64,000 bases of DNA from Vulcanimicrobiota bacterium (lineage in GTDB: Bacteria; Vulcanimicrobiota; Vulcanimicrobiia; Vulcanimicrobiales; Vulcanimicrobiaceae), in the NCBI GenBank assembly GCA_963777315.1, contig CAVZQC010000004.1:544001-608000 (forward strand), given 5' to 3'. The position numbers and the translations under genes are program-made. Within the stretch, counting starts at the first letter, position 1. Each line of letters opens with the position of its first letter. The notes under the pieces were generated by a model that worked only from the letters and a program-made list of their open reading frames with translations, made no database searches and was not told the DNA's origin. Positions 20,643 to 30,266 of the stretch are shown here, piece after piece.

Positions 20643-20823
20643 GAAGTGACCTCGCTGCTTGACGGGAGTCTGGGTATATTTGGATACTTTACAGGTCCGG
20701 GCCCGAAACCGGAAGGTTCGTAACGCCGGAAGGTGTGGGCGATTGTCCTTGCCGCAGCTGCGGCGTTTGGGACGATTGCCCTACTCAGCGGGGGACCTAT
20801 ACCCGCAAACGGAGGCAAGCGAA

Positions 20824-20852
20824 GCCGGAGCCCTCGAATCGAGGGCTCCGGC
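20824..20852 (-). terminator. Strong hairpin after the 20874-21710 gene, probable terminator
   Basis: GCCGGAGCCCTC-gaatc-GAGGGCTCCGGC, 12-bp stem, weak U tail. Confidence 0.55.
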
Positions 20853-20873
20853 GGATTTCGCAAGGCTCTTACG

Positions 20874-21710
20874 TTACTGTTCGGTGCCGAAGGATATTTC
20901 CGGCAGACCCTTCGTGGGCAAGGTTCCTACCGTAAGCCAAATCGCGATGTGCGATGAAAGCGGTATGCCCGTGGGATCCCCGATGTACTGCCCGTAGCTG
21001 GTCACGGCGGCGTTTTTGCCCCCTCCTTGCGAAACGGCTTTCCCGACGTAGACGCTGACGGGTCCGGAGAAGTTGCCGATGCCGCCCGAAGCGGAAAACG
21101 TCATGCCGGAACTGGCTTGCCAGATCTGCAGAAACTGTCCCAAGGTGAACGAGGGCGTGCTTCCGGACGGCTGCGGATACTCGATATGGATGTTGCCCGA
21201 CTGATCGTGCGTGTGCAGATTGAATAGGCACTGCGTCGCACCCGCAGTATAGGTGGGGGTCGAACCGATCGACGGCGATGTGTCGGGCTGATACATGCCG
21301 ATGCCGGCGGGGAGGGCATATTCTTTGCCGTTATCGACCACCCCGACGTAGAAGTGCACGTGACCGGCAGGGTAGGCTGCCTTGTCGCTCGTCAGATTGC
21401 AGGGCACGCCGTCGATGGTCGCGGTGTTGGCGGTGCCTTGATTATCCGTTCCCAGCGAGCCCGTCGTACCGTTGACCGCGCCGTCGGTTGCGTCGTACAC
21501 GGTCGACGTGTCGGCCTGAAGCGTCACGGGCGGCAATGTGGGAGTCGCGGTGGGAGCCGGCGTCGGTGACGGCGTGGCCGTGGCCGGCGAGCCGGGACTG
21601 TTTTGCGGCGGGTTGGGACCGCCGGTTCCCCCGCCTCCGCCGCAGCCCGCGGCAAAAGCGGTAACCCCTGCGAACGCAAGCGCCCCCAAGGAAGCTTTAA
21701 AATATTTCAT
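20874..21710 (-). CDS. Hypothetical lipoprotein with Pro/Thr linker and His-rich domain
   Basis: Lipobox AAGC, PT repeats, HVH..PAGIG..C...LHTHD.SG.IHIE..FTLGQF. Confidence 0.8.
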   Translation of the reverse strand: MKYFKASLGALAFAGVTAFAAGCGGGGGTGGPNPPQNSPGSPATATPSPTPAPTATPTLPPVTLQADTSTVYDATDGAVNGTTGSLGTDNQGTANTATIDGVPCNLTSDKAAYPAGHVHFYVGVVDNGKEYALPAGIGMYQPDTSPSIGSTPTYTAGATQCLFNLHTHDQSGNIHIEYPQPSGSTPSFTLGQFLQIWQASSGMTFSASGGIGNFSGPVSVYVGKAVSQGGGKNAAVTSYGQYIGDPTGIPLSSHIAIWLTVGTLPTKGLPEISFGTEQ

Positions 21711-21900
21711 CAGAACCTCGTGATAATGGCGAAAGAAATGCGGACCGGAATCATCATATCCGGCTCCTTTTCAACCAGCGAGATGCAGCTTGCTCACCTG
21801 TTGCGGGGCTATGGCTCGGACGGTTGGGCCGCAGGACCCAACAGGGGAGAGGGGGTCGGACCTAGGCGGGCTCAATCGCCTTGCCGCGTAATCGGTCAGT

Positions 21901-22461
21901 ATGACCAAGATGCTTCCTTGGCGCGCCTTGCGCGGCGTCTTCCTCAAACGGTTCGGAGCGGAAAACTTCCGCAGACGTTTTCCCGGGGTCGTCTTCGGCG
22001 AAGACGTGATCGTGCGTGGCCCGGAAAAGTTCTTTCCCGGCTCAGGCTGCTCTATCGACATACGCGCATATCTGAACTGCGCCGGGGGTGCGTGGAACGG
22101 CTACTCGGGCTTCATTAAATTGGGCGACAACTGTGAGATCGGCGCCAACTGCGTACTCAACGGCGCCGGAGGCATCACCCTGGGGAACGACGTGCATTTG
22201 GGACCCCTCGTGACGATTTCCGCAAATCAACTGTATCGCGACGTACGCAGCGACGATCCGGCGACGCACATGCAGTTCTTGCCGGTAACGATACAGGATG
22301 GTGCGCTCATCGGTCCGTCGACGTGCATTGCTCCCGGCGTGGTGATCGGACGCCGTGCCATCGTGGGCGCCGGCTCGGCAGTTCTCACCGACATTCCACC
22401 GGACTGCGTCGCGCAGGGCGTCCCCGCACGAATCGTCTTGAAAAAGAACGACTCTCGGTAA
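21901..22461 (+). CDS. Left-handed beta-helix (hexapeptide) acyltransferase
   Basis: IKLGDNCEIGAN, ITLGNDVHLGP, GVVIGRRAIVGAGSAV..DIPP...QGVPAR; start may be ATG 21910. Confidence 0.88.
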   Translation: MTKMLPWRALRGVFLKRFGAENFRRRFPGVVFGEDVIVRGPEKFFPGSGCSIDIRAYLNCAGGAWNGYSGFIKLGDNCEIGANCVLNGAGGITLGNDVHLGPLVTISANQLYRDVRSDDPATHMQFLPVTIQDGALIGPSTCIAPGVVIGRRAIVGAGSAVLTDIPPDCVAQGVPARIVLKKNDSR

Positions 22462-22466
22462 AGCTG

Positions 22467-22700
22467 ATGAGCGAGATAGAACTTGCGCAGGTGACGCAGG
22501 TCATCGAGCGCGTGGGTGCACTGGCGGGATTGGACGCGGATGCCGATTTTTACGACGCGGGCTTCAGTTCGATCAACGCGCTGATGCTGCTCATGGAGCT
22601 CGAGGAGCGTTTCGCGGTGCAAATACCGGACGACCGCTTCGTGAATGCGCGCACGCCGCGCTCGCTGTACGAATTGCTCGCATCGTTGCGGAACGGCTAA
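22467..22700 (+). CDS. Acyl/aminoacyl carrier protein (77 aa)
   Basis: Acidic small protein MSEIEL...DADFYDAGFSSINALMLLMELEERFAVQIPD; Ser at the phosphopantetheine position in GFSS. Confidence 0.9.
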   Translation: MSEIELAQVTQVIERVGALAGLDADADFYDAGFSSINALMLLMELEERFAVQIPDDRFVNARTPRSLYELLASLRNG

Positions 22701-22705
22701 ACGAC

Positions 22706-23896
22706 ATGGCCAAGTTCAGCGTGCAGCTTCCGGCGCCGGCCAACGAAATGGCGTGCGAAGAGATCCGCAAACAGCTGCCGTTTCTCTCCAAAGCGATCTC
22801 GCAGGTTCGCTTTTCCGACGACGGGCAGCGGGTGGAATTCGAAGCGAGCGGTGCCAACGCGGAGGAACTTACCCCGCAGGTGCAAGGGCTGGCTCGTCGG
22901 GTGCAGCGTGCCCTGCAGCATGTCGAGCGTAAGGTGATTTACCGAACCTCCACCTGCGAGAACGTCGCATTCGCCGGTGAAAGCGACTCGAGCGGCATCA
23001 CGGTCTTGGGCATGGGTCAAGTCGCCTTACAGGGGTTGCCGCTGCAGCTGTTTCGCTACTTCGATCGCGTCTTCGAATCGTTCGGCTCGCGGTGGGGCGC
23101 TGTGCCGATAGCCGTACCGGCGTTGATTCCGACGTCCGTGCTGGCGCGCTGCGACTACTTCGGATCGTTTCCGCACAACGTGACGTTCGCGGCGCATTTG
23201 CGGGAAGACGCGCACGTGATCGACGGCTTCCGATCGCGCCATCAAGCCGTGACGCAGCTGGACGCGCAGGCGCTGGCGGACATGGAACGCCCGGAGGCAT
23301 GTCTCTCTCCGGCACTGTGCTATCACGTGTATCACCTTTGTGAAAACCGGCGTATGCCGGATGCCGCGTCGGCATACGGCGTATGCGGCAAGTGCTTCCG
23401 GTACGAATCCGCCAACACGTCCGACCTGCGCAGGCTATGGGACTTCACCTTGCGCGAGATCGTCTTTGCCGGCGGCCGAGAAGAGGTGCTGCACGCACGG
23501 CAAGAGTCCGTAGAAATGATGGAGCGGTTTTTGGAAGAGCATCGCCTGGCCGGCGAAATCCGCACCGCCAGCGATCCGTTCTTCGTCGCTCCCGACGCGT
23601 TGCCGAAGACGTATTTCCAGCTCAGCTCCGAAGCAAAGCTCGAAGTATCGCTCATGCTGCCGGGTGGTGAGCGCACGGCGGTCTCGTCGCACAATTACCA
23701 TTCCGACTTCTTCGGTCACGCGTTCGGCATTACGCTCGACAGCGGCGCGCATATGCACAGCGTCTGCGTGGGGTTTGGTTTGGAGCGGTGGGTGTACGCG
23801 TTTTTGCGACAGCACGGCAGCGATGCGTCGGCATGGCCGCATGTCGTGCGCGCCGCACCCGAATTTTCGCAAAGCCGCAATGAACGCGCGGATTGA
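22706..23896 (+). CDS. Amino acid:[carrier protein] ligase-like protein (atypical SerRS, class II aaRS paralog)
   Basis: SPALCYH, motif 2 KCFRYE, RLWDFTLRE, ASDPFF, HNYH..FFG, motif 3 HSVCVGFGLERW; directly follows a carrier protein gene. Confidence 0.88.
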   Translation: MAKFSVQLPAPANEMACEEIRKQLPFLSKAISQVRFSDDGQRVEFEASGANAEELTPQVQGLARRVQRALQHVERKVIYRTSTCENVAFAGESDSSGITVLGMGQVALQGLPLQLFRYFDRVFESFGSRWGAVPIAVPALIPTSVLARCDYFGSFPHNVTFAAHLREDAHVIDGFRSRHQAVTQLDAQALADMERPEACLSPALCYHVYHLCENRRMPDAASAYGVCGKCFRYESANTSDLRRLWDFTLREIVFAGGREEVLHARQESVEMMERFLEEHRLAGEIRTASDPFFVAPDALPKTYFQLSSEAKLEVSLMLPGGERTAVSSHNYHSDFFGHAFGITLDSGAHMHSVCVGFGLERWVYAFLRQHGSDASAWPHVVRAAPEFSQSRNERAD

Positions 23897-24830
23897 CGTA
23901 GTCGACGCCGCAGCGTTTGCACCGCAAGCCGCGCAGATTCTGAACGATGCATGGCCCGCGCCGGCCCTGCACTATACGCCCGAGTACGTCCGCTGGCAGC
24001 TGACCTTTCCCGGGAATCCGGCGCCGGTGGCATTGGCTGCGTATGACGACTCCGAAGCTATCGGATTCATCGCCTCGACGCCGCGCCGGATGCGGCTGGG
24101 ACCGACCGCACAAGAGGTTGCAGTCGTTTCGTTCGTCGCCGTGCTCGCGGACCGCCAGCGCCGCGGAATCGCGGCGGCGCTCTATGCGCGCCTGCTTTCC
24201 CAGCTCCAGACGTCCGGGCCGCTGCTGACGTTTGCCGTTCCGGATTCAAGCGGCGAACGCGCGCTTCTGCGCGCGTACTCGCACGGCGGCTACACCGTCT
24301 CGCAACTGGGTTCATATCCGACGTTTTCGTATCTCGATCGCAGCACAGGGAACGATTTGCCGCAGCAGCGCGCGTCATCGCAGTATTCCGAACTGAACCC
24401 CGTCATCCAGGCTTGTGCGCGCGATGGTTCGATCTTGTGGAGCGATCCTTCCGCCGAGCAGTTTGCGCACTACCTTGCCGATCCGCGATCGCGCCGTCTG
24501 CTCGTCGTGTGTCGGGCGTCGGAAACGGGCGCTGCCTGGGCGCTGCAAATGGCGGTCAGAACGGCGCGAAGCGTCCAGACCGTAACGGCGCTCGAGACGC
24601 TGTACGTACCCGGCGGCGATGGGGGCTCGCTGCCGCAGCTGCTGCATTCTGCGGCAGGACTTTACAACGCGCGGCAGCCGGCGCGTTTGGTCAACGTCCC
24701 GAACGCATTCGGGCTGGACGCGCGCCGCTTCGGGTTGCGGCAAACGGGCGTCGGTTTCCGCGCTTACTTGTGCACGCTGCGCGCACACCCGTTCCAAACG
24801 GCGGCGGGCACGAATTTGGAGATCACGTAA
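23880..24830 (+). CDS. Tandem-GNAT acyltransferase, N-myristoyltransferase-like
   Basis: YTPEYVRWQL, IGFIASTP, VSFVAV...QRRGIA (GNAT motif A); ATG overlaps the ligase 3' end. Confidence 0.7.
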   Translation: MNARIDVVDAAAFAPQAAQILNDAWPAPALHYTPEYVRWQLTFPGNPAPVALAAYDDSEAIGFIASTPRRMRLGPTAQEVAVVSFVAVLADRQRRGIAAALYARLLSQLQTSGPLLTFAVPDSSGERALLRAYSHGGYTVSQLGSYPTFSYLDRSTGNDLPQQRASSQYSELNPVIQACARDGSILWSDPSAEQFAHYLADPRSRRLLVVCRASETGAAWALQMAVRTARSVQTVTALETLYVPGGDGGSLPQLLHSAAGLYNARQPARLVNVPNAFGLDARRFGLRQTGVGFRAYLCTLRAHPFQTAAGTNLEIT

Positions 24831-24834
24831 CGCG

Positions 24835-25833
24835 CTAACGCCGCAAACGGGCCGCAATTGCGCGATACGCGGCAAACGTGCGCCGCTCGATCACCTGCGT
24901 GACGTACGGCACGCGCACCGCTCCCAATCGATCTTTGAATTGCTGCACGCCTTCGAGCCCCGAACTGGAACCCATATTGTACCAGCGAGTACCCCGGTTT
25001 GCCGCCGCGTGAAGCAACGCGACGTTGAGCGCGTTGCTGGGGCGCGCGTTGGCATACTCCGCACGCATGGCGGCGCTCCAAAAGTACATCTCCTGCGAAC
25101 CAAACAGCACGACGCCGCCGGCGGCCGCAACGCCGTCACAATCCGCAAGCCAAATTTCCACGTCGCTCCCACCGTGGCGAACCACCGCTTCGATCAAATT
25201 TTTGGGAATCGTCGGTTCGTTCAAGCCCCACCGCTGCGCCGACTGGAGGAGGATGCCGTAGTACGCGTCCACCGCGCCGGCGGCGTCGGCCTTGTACGGC
25301 CGCACCCCGCGGCGAACCGCTTGACCCGCCATTCGGCGGCTGCGTCCATCCATTCGCGCTATCGCGGCATCGGCACCGTCCGACAAATCGATGATCGACG
25401 TCTCATCGGCATGCCTTTCGCCGCCGAGGTCTACGCCGGCTTGATCGCACTGCGGCCACAACGTAACGCGAAAGCTGTCGTATTCTCGGCGCGCGACGTG
25501 CGCGAGCGCGCACGCAGCCTGCGCAGCTTGCGCAAGCGCTCCGTTTTCTTCGTTTTGGATGACGATCGATTCGTTCCAGGGCAGCGCTTCGCCGGCGCGC
25601 AACCGCAGCAGGCTCGTTCTCGCGCACAGCGCCGGCACGATAACGCGCGCGCCGTCGGAGAGCCGGCAGCGCAGCGGTGCCGGTTGGTATTGCGGGAACG
25701 CATCGCACCAGGCGGCGGACCATGCCGGCCGAGCGGTAAACGTCGGCGCGGGAAATCGTTCGTCGAACCGGCGCCATTCATTCGGCGCCAGGGGTTCCGC
25801 CTTGAGGACGCGCAAGGGCTGCGACGCGCTCAT
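24835..25833 (-). CDS. GNAT of the FemAB/Acetyltransf_6 (BioF2-like) type
   Basis: TFTARPAW, IIDL, RRMAGQAVRRGV, RPSNAL, YNMGSS.GLEGVQQFKDRLGA; ATGA overlap with the upstream gene. Confidence 0.8.
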   Translation of the reverse strand: MSASQPLRVLKAEPLAPNEWRRFDERFPAPTFTARPAWSAAWCDAFPQYQPAPLRCRLSDGARVIVPALCARTSLLRLRAGEALPWNESIVIQNEENGALAQAAQAACALAHVARREYDSFRVTLWPQCDQAGVDLGGERHADETSIIDLSDGADAAIARMDGRSRRMAGQAVRRGVRPYKADAAGAVDAYYGILLQSAQRWGLNEPTIPKNLIEAVVRHGGSDVEIWLADCDGVAAAGGVVLFGSQEMYFWSAAMRAEYANARPSNALNVALLHAAANRGTRWYNMGSSSGLEGVQQFKDRLGAVRVPYVTQVIERRTFAAYRAIAARLRR

Positions 25834-26708
25834 CGATGACGGGTTCGCGCGGTGAGGGCGTTCAGCACGCGTCGCGCGGATTTCTTGGCCAAACCGACGG
25901 CGACGTCGGCATCCGGCGCATCGCGCCGCCCGTCGAGCAACGTCCAATCTCCCAGCGGCGAAAGCGTGTGCAGGCCGTCACCGTAGCGCCCACGCTGCGG
26001 ACGCACGGTCGCTATCGTGCGTTCGGAAAAGCCGCCGGCGCTCAGACGATCGACGCGCTGGAGCGCCACGCTGTTGCCGTAACCGCTGGAACAATCTTGC
26101 GCCGGCCGGTACAACGTGTCGTCGTGAACGAAGAGGGCTCCCGCACAGCACGCCGCAGAGTTGTCGATTTTGACGGGATTGCCCGAATGCTGCCGCCACG
26201 GGCCCATGAGGTCGGGCGCGTGCCATATGCAGAGCGCGCGATCGAAGCCGCGGTCGTAGTCGGTGCAGAACAGCCACCAGCGTCCGCCGTGCTGCACGAT
26301 CGTCGAATCGTTGGCCGCAAAGTGCGCGATCAGCGTGCCGGCGCGCTCCCATCGGTATGGAAAATCGGTCGCCGCGAATATCGCCACTTCCCTGGCGTAC
26401 ACCGTCTCCGGCACGCAATAGTACGTTCCTTCGTGATGAATGATGAATGGATACGACGCGTGATGCGGCAGATCGATAACGGTGGTCAGCGGACCGCGGT
26501 TGAACCGTTCGTCAACCTCAAAACACGCGATGACGCCCTTGTCGCGCCGATAGTCGAAGAGCTCGCAAAACACGAACCGCCGCCCGTTGTCGACTACGCC
26601 GAAGGGATCGGCGACAAAGCGTTTTCGGCCTGCAGGCTCCAGCCAGTGCACCTGCGGCACGAAACCGGGATCCAAAAAAGAGTGAACGGGCGCCGTAACC
26701 ACGCCCAC
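25830..26708 (-). CDS. Second GH43-like beta-propeller protein, paralog of 17387-18274; start uncertain
   Basis: FVADPF, HASYPF, VPET, NDST, HSGNPV, YRPAQDC..GYG, LHT; lies immediately downstream of clpX. Confidence 0.75.
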   Translation of the reverse strand: MGVVTAPVHSFLDPGFVPQVHWLEPAGRKRFVADPFGVVDNGRRFVFCELFDYRRDKGVIACFEVDERFNRGPLTTVIDLPHHASYPFIIHHEGTYYCVPETVYAREVAIFAATDFPYRWERAGTLIAHFAANDSTIVQHGGRWWLFCTDYDRGFDRALCIWHAPDLMGPWRQHSGNPVKIDNSAACCAGALFVHDDTLYRPAQDCSSGYGNSVALQRVDRLSAGGFSERTIATVRPQRGRYGDGLHTLSPLGDWTLLDGRRDAPDADVAVGLAKKSARRVLNALTARTRHR

Positions 26709-26737
26709 GTTCCAATATGGGCGCCGAAGCCGAAGCC

Positions 26738-27997
<1,260 letters not shown>

Positions 27998-28031
27998 GTG
28001 CGGTTCGCTTCGCCTTCGCCCTTCTTCGCGC

Positions 28032-28640
28032 CTACGCCGGGGTTGCCAGCGACGACCGGTTTTCGATGATCGAGTCTATGATGCCGTAGTCCTTGGCTTC
28101 CTGCGCGGTCATGAAAAAATCGCGTTCGATATCCTTGAGGATCTGCTCGATCGGCTTCTTGGCCGTATCCTCATAGATGCCGGCCAGCATACGCCGCGTG
28201 GCAATCAAGTCGCGGGCGTGTATCTCGATGTCCGTTGCCTGGCCGCCCACCTGCTGCACCCACGGCTGGTGAATGAGTATCTTGGCATGGGGAAGCGCCA
28301 TGCGTTTGCCCTGGGCTCCGCCGGTGAGCAGAATCGAGCCCATCGAGGCCGCCATTCCGGCACAGATGGTCGCGACGTCGGGTTTGATGAACCGCATCGT
28401 GTCGTAAATTGCAAGACCCGCGGTAACGCTGCCGCCGGGGCTGTTAATGTACATGTCGATGTCTTTGTCGGGGTCTTCCTTTTCCAGGAAAAGCAGCTGT
28501 GCGATCACGAGGTTCGCCAAATGATCGTCGATCGGGCCGCCGACGAAAACGATGCGATCCTTGAGCAGGCGCGAGTAAATGTCGAACGCGCGCTCTCCGC
28601 GTGCGCTCTGCTCGACGACCATCGGGACCAAATGACCCAT
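28032..28640 (-). CDS. clpP: ATP-dependent Clp protease proteolytic subunit
   Basis: [27 protein letters not shown]. Confidence 0.99.
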   Translation of the reverse strand: MGHLVPMVVEQSARGERAFDIYSRLLKDRIVFVGGPIDDHLANLVIAQLLFLEKEDPDKDIDMYINSPGGSVTAGLAIYDTMRFIKPDVATICAGMAASMGSILLTGGAQGKRMALPHAKILIHQPWVQQVGGQATDIEIHARDLIATRRMLAGIYEDTAKKPIEQILKDIERDFFMTAQEAKDYGIIDSIIENRSSLATPA

Positions 28641-28715
28641 TACCGTTCTTCCTCTTCTGCAGTGGTTTCTACGTACGGCGACGCGCCGCGAAATGGTGCT
28701 GTGTGCTTCGACAGA

Positions 28716-30029
28716 TCAGGGCGCCGACCCGGGCTCGGCCGGCATTTCGGCCACTACGGCGTTCTGCACCAAGAACTCTACGGTCTTATTTCGGATTATT
28801 CCGTCCATCAATGAGACGACGTTATTGCCCAAGGCTTGACGAATTCGTTCGACCGGTTGCCCGTATTGCGCGGCAAGCGTTTGCATTTCATTCTGTATAT
28901 CGGCCGGCGTGGCCCGGATGTTCTCGGCCTTGGCGATGCGTTCCAGGAGCAGGGTCGCTTTGACTCGGCGCTCGGCTTGCGGGCGATACTCACGCAGCAG
29001 CTCGTCTTCGCTCGAGCCCGTGTCCTTCAAGTACTGCTGCAGCGACGCGCCGCGGCGCGCGGCCACGCCCGACATATCCTGCAGCATGCTTTCGGCTTCG
29101 CGGTCCACCATGCTCGGCGGCAACGGGAAATCGTGCTCTGCGACCAGGCGTTCCACCAGTTCGTCGCCGATTTCCCGCCGGCGCCGCGATTCGGCGACCC
29201 TGCGCAGACGCGCACGGACGTCCGCCTTGAGCTCTTCCAGCGTCTCGTGCGTGGAAGCGATCTTGGCCAGCTCGTCGTCGATTGGGGGAATTTCACGTTC
29301 TTTGACTTCGTGCAAAGTCACCGTAAAGACCGCAGCCTTTCCCGCAAGCTCCTTTGCCGTATAGTCCGTAGGGAACGTGGCCTGCACGTCCTTGGTTTGG
29401 CCCACCGCCATGCCGGCGATGCCGGAGGCGAAACCGGGTACGAAGCGGTCTTCCGACAATTCGATCTGCTGACCGGTCGCGGCGCCGCCTTCAAACGCCT
29501 CGCCGTCGATCTTTCCTTCGTAGTCCACCGTCACGACGTCGTCCAAGCGGGCCTCGCGCTCGACGGGCACAAGAGTTGCGCGCTCGCGCGCCAGCGCGGC
29601 CAGAGCGTTGTCGACGTCGGCGTCGGTTACGGCGACGGGCGCCCGGGCAAGCGCGGTTCCCTTATAGGCATGCAGCTCGAAATCGGGACGAACGTCCACG
29701 ACGGCCTTGACCCGGATCGGCTGGTCGCCTTCATCGGGCAGAACTTCCATTTTCGGCCGGTCCACCGGATCGAGGTCGTGCTCGCGCACGGCCTTGGCGT
29801 ACACCTGCGGAACGACGTCTTCCATGGCTTGCGCCGCGATGGTTTCCGCGCCGTACGCTTGCTCGAAAACCTTGCGAGGCGCTTTGCCCGGCCGAAATCC
29901 CGGCAGTTTCGTCTTTTTGACCAGACGCCGGAAGGCACGCTCCTCGGCGTCCCGCAACTCTTGCGGCGATATGGGAATGACCAATTCGACCTGCGTGGGC
30001 GCGAGCTTGGTCAGGGTCGACGTAGACAG
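28716..30029 (-). CDS. tig: Trigger factor; apparent CTG start
   Basis: GFRPGKAP ribosome-binding motif, FKBP domain, tig-clpP-clpX order; GAGGAG SD sits upstream of CTG 30029, not of TTG 29984. Confidence 0.97.
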   Translation of the reverse strand: MSTSTLTKLAPTQVELVIPISPQELRDAEERAFRRLVKKTKLPGFRPGKAPRKVFEQAYGAETIAAQAMEDVVPQVYAKAVREHDLDPVDRPKMEVLPDEGDQPIRVKAVVDVRPDFELHAYKGTALARAPVAVTDADVDNALAALARERATLVPVEREARLDDVVTVDYEGKIDGEAFEGGAATGQQIELSEDRFVPGFASGIAGMAVGQTKDVQATFPTDYTAKELAGKAAVFTVTLHEVKEREIPPIDDELAKIASTHETLEELKADVRARLRRVAESRRRREIGDELVERLVAEHDFPLPPSMVDREAESMLQDMSGVAARRGASLQQYLKDTGSSEDELLREYRPQAERRVKATLLLERIAKAENIRATPADIQNEMQTLAAQYGQPVERIRQALGNNVVSLMDGIIRNKTVEFLVQNAVVAEMPAEPGSAP

Positions 30030-30075
30030 GATTGCTCTCCTCGGGAGGCGCCGGGGCCAAAGCGGATGCGAAACC

Positions 30076-30150
30076 TGGAGCGGAAGACGAGATTCGAACT
30101 CGCGACCCTCGCCTTGGCAAGGCGATGCTCTACCACTGAGCTACTTCCGC
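30076..30150 (-). tRNA. tRNA-Gly(GCC), CCA encoded
   Basis: GCGGAAGTAGCTCAGTGGTAGAGC..TTGCCAA..GTTCGAATC..TTCCGCTCCA cloverleaf. Confidence 0.97.
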
Positions 30151-30161
30151 GCGGTCCCTTT

Positions 30162-30243
30162 TGGGCAAGCAGAGACTCGAACTCTGATGGGTTGCCCCAC
30201 TGGAACCTAAATCCAGCGCGTCTACCGGTTCCGCCACTTGCCC
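30162..30243 (-). tRNA. tRNA-Leu(TAG)
   Basis: GGGCAAGTGGCGGAA.., CTGGA-TTTAGGT-TCCAG anticodon arm, long variable arm, GTTCGAGTC. Confidence 0.95.
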
Positions 30244-30266
30244 GCGCCGGCGCGGCGACGCGGTTA

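Noticed and set aside
20659..20957. Small plus-strand membrane-like ORFs (GVWVYLD.. and VWAIVLAAAAAFG..)
   Set aside because: No convincing SD for the first, joining them needs a frameshift, and they run through a terminator-like hairpin into a real opposite-strand gene
22706..23896. Housekeeping seryl-tRNA synthetase (serS)
   Set aside because: No N-terminal coiled-coil arm typical of bacterial SerRS; atypical Zn-type motifs and an adjacent carrier protein
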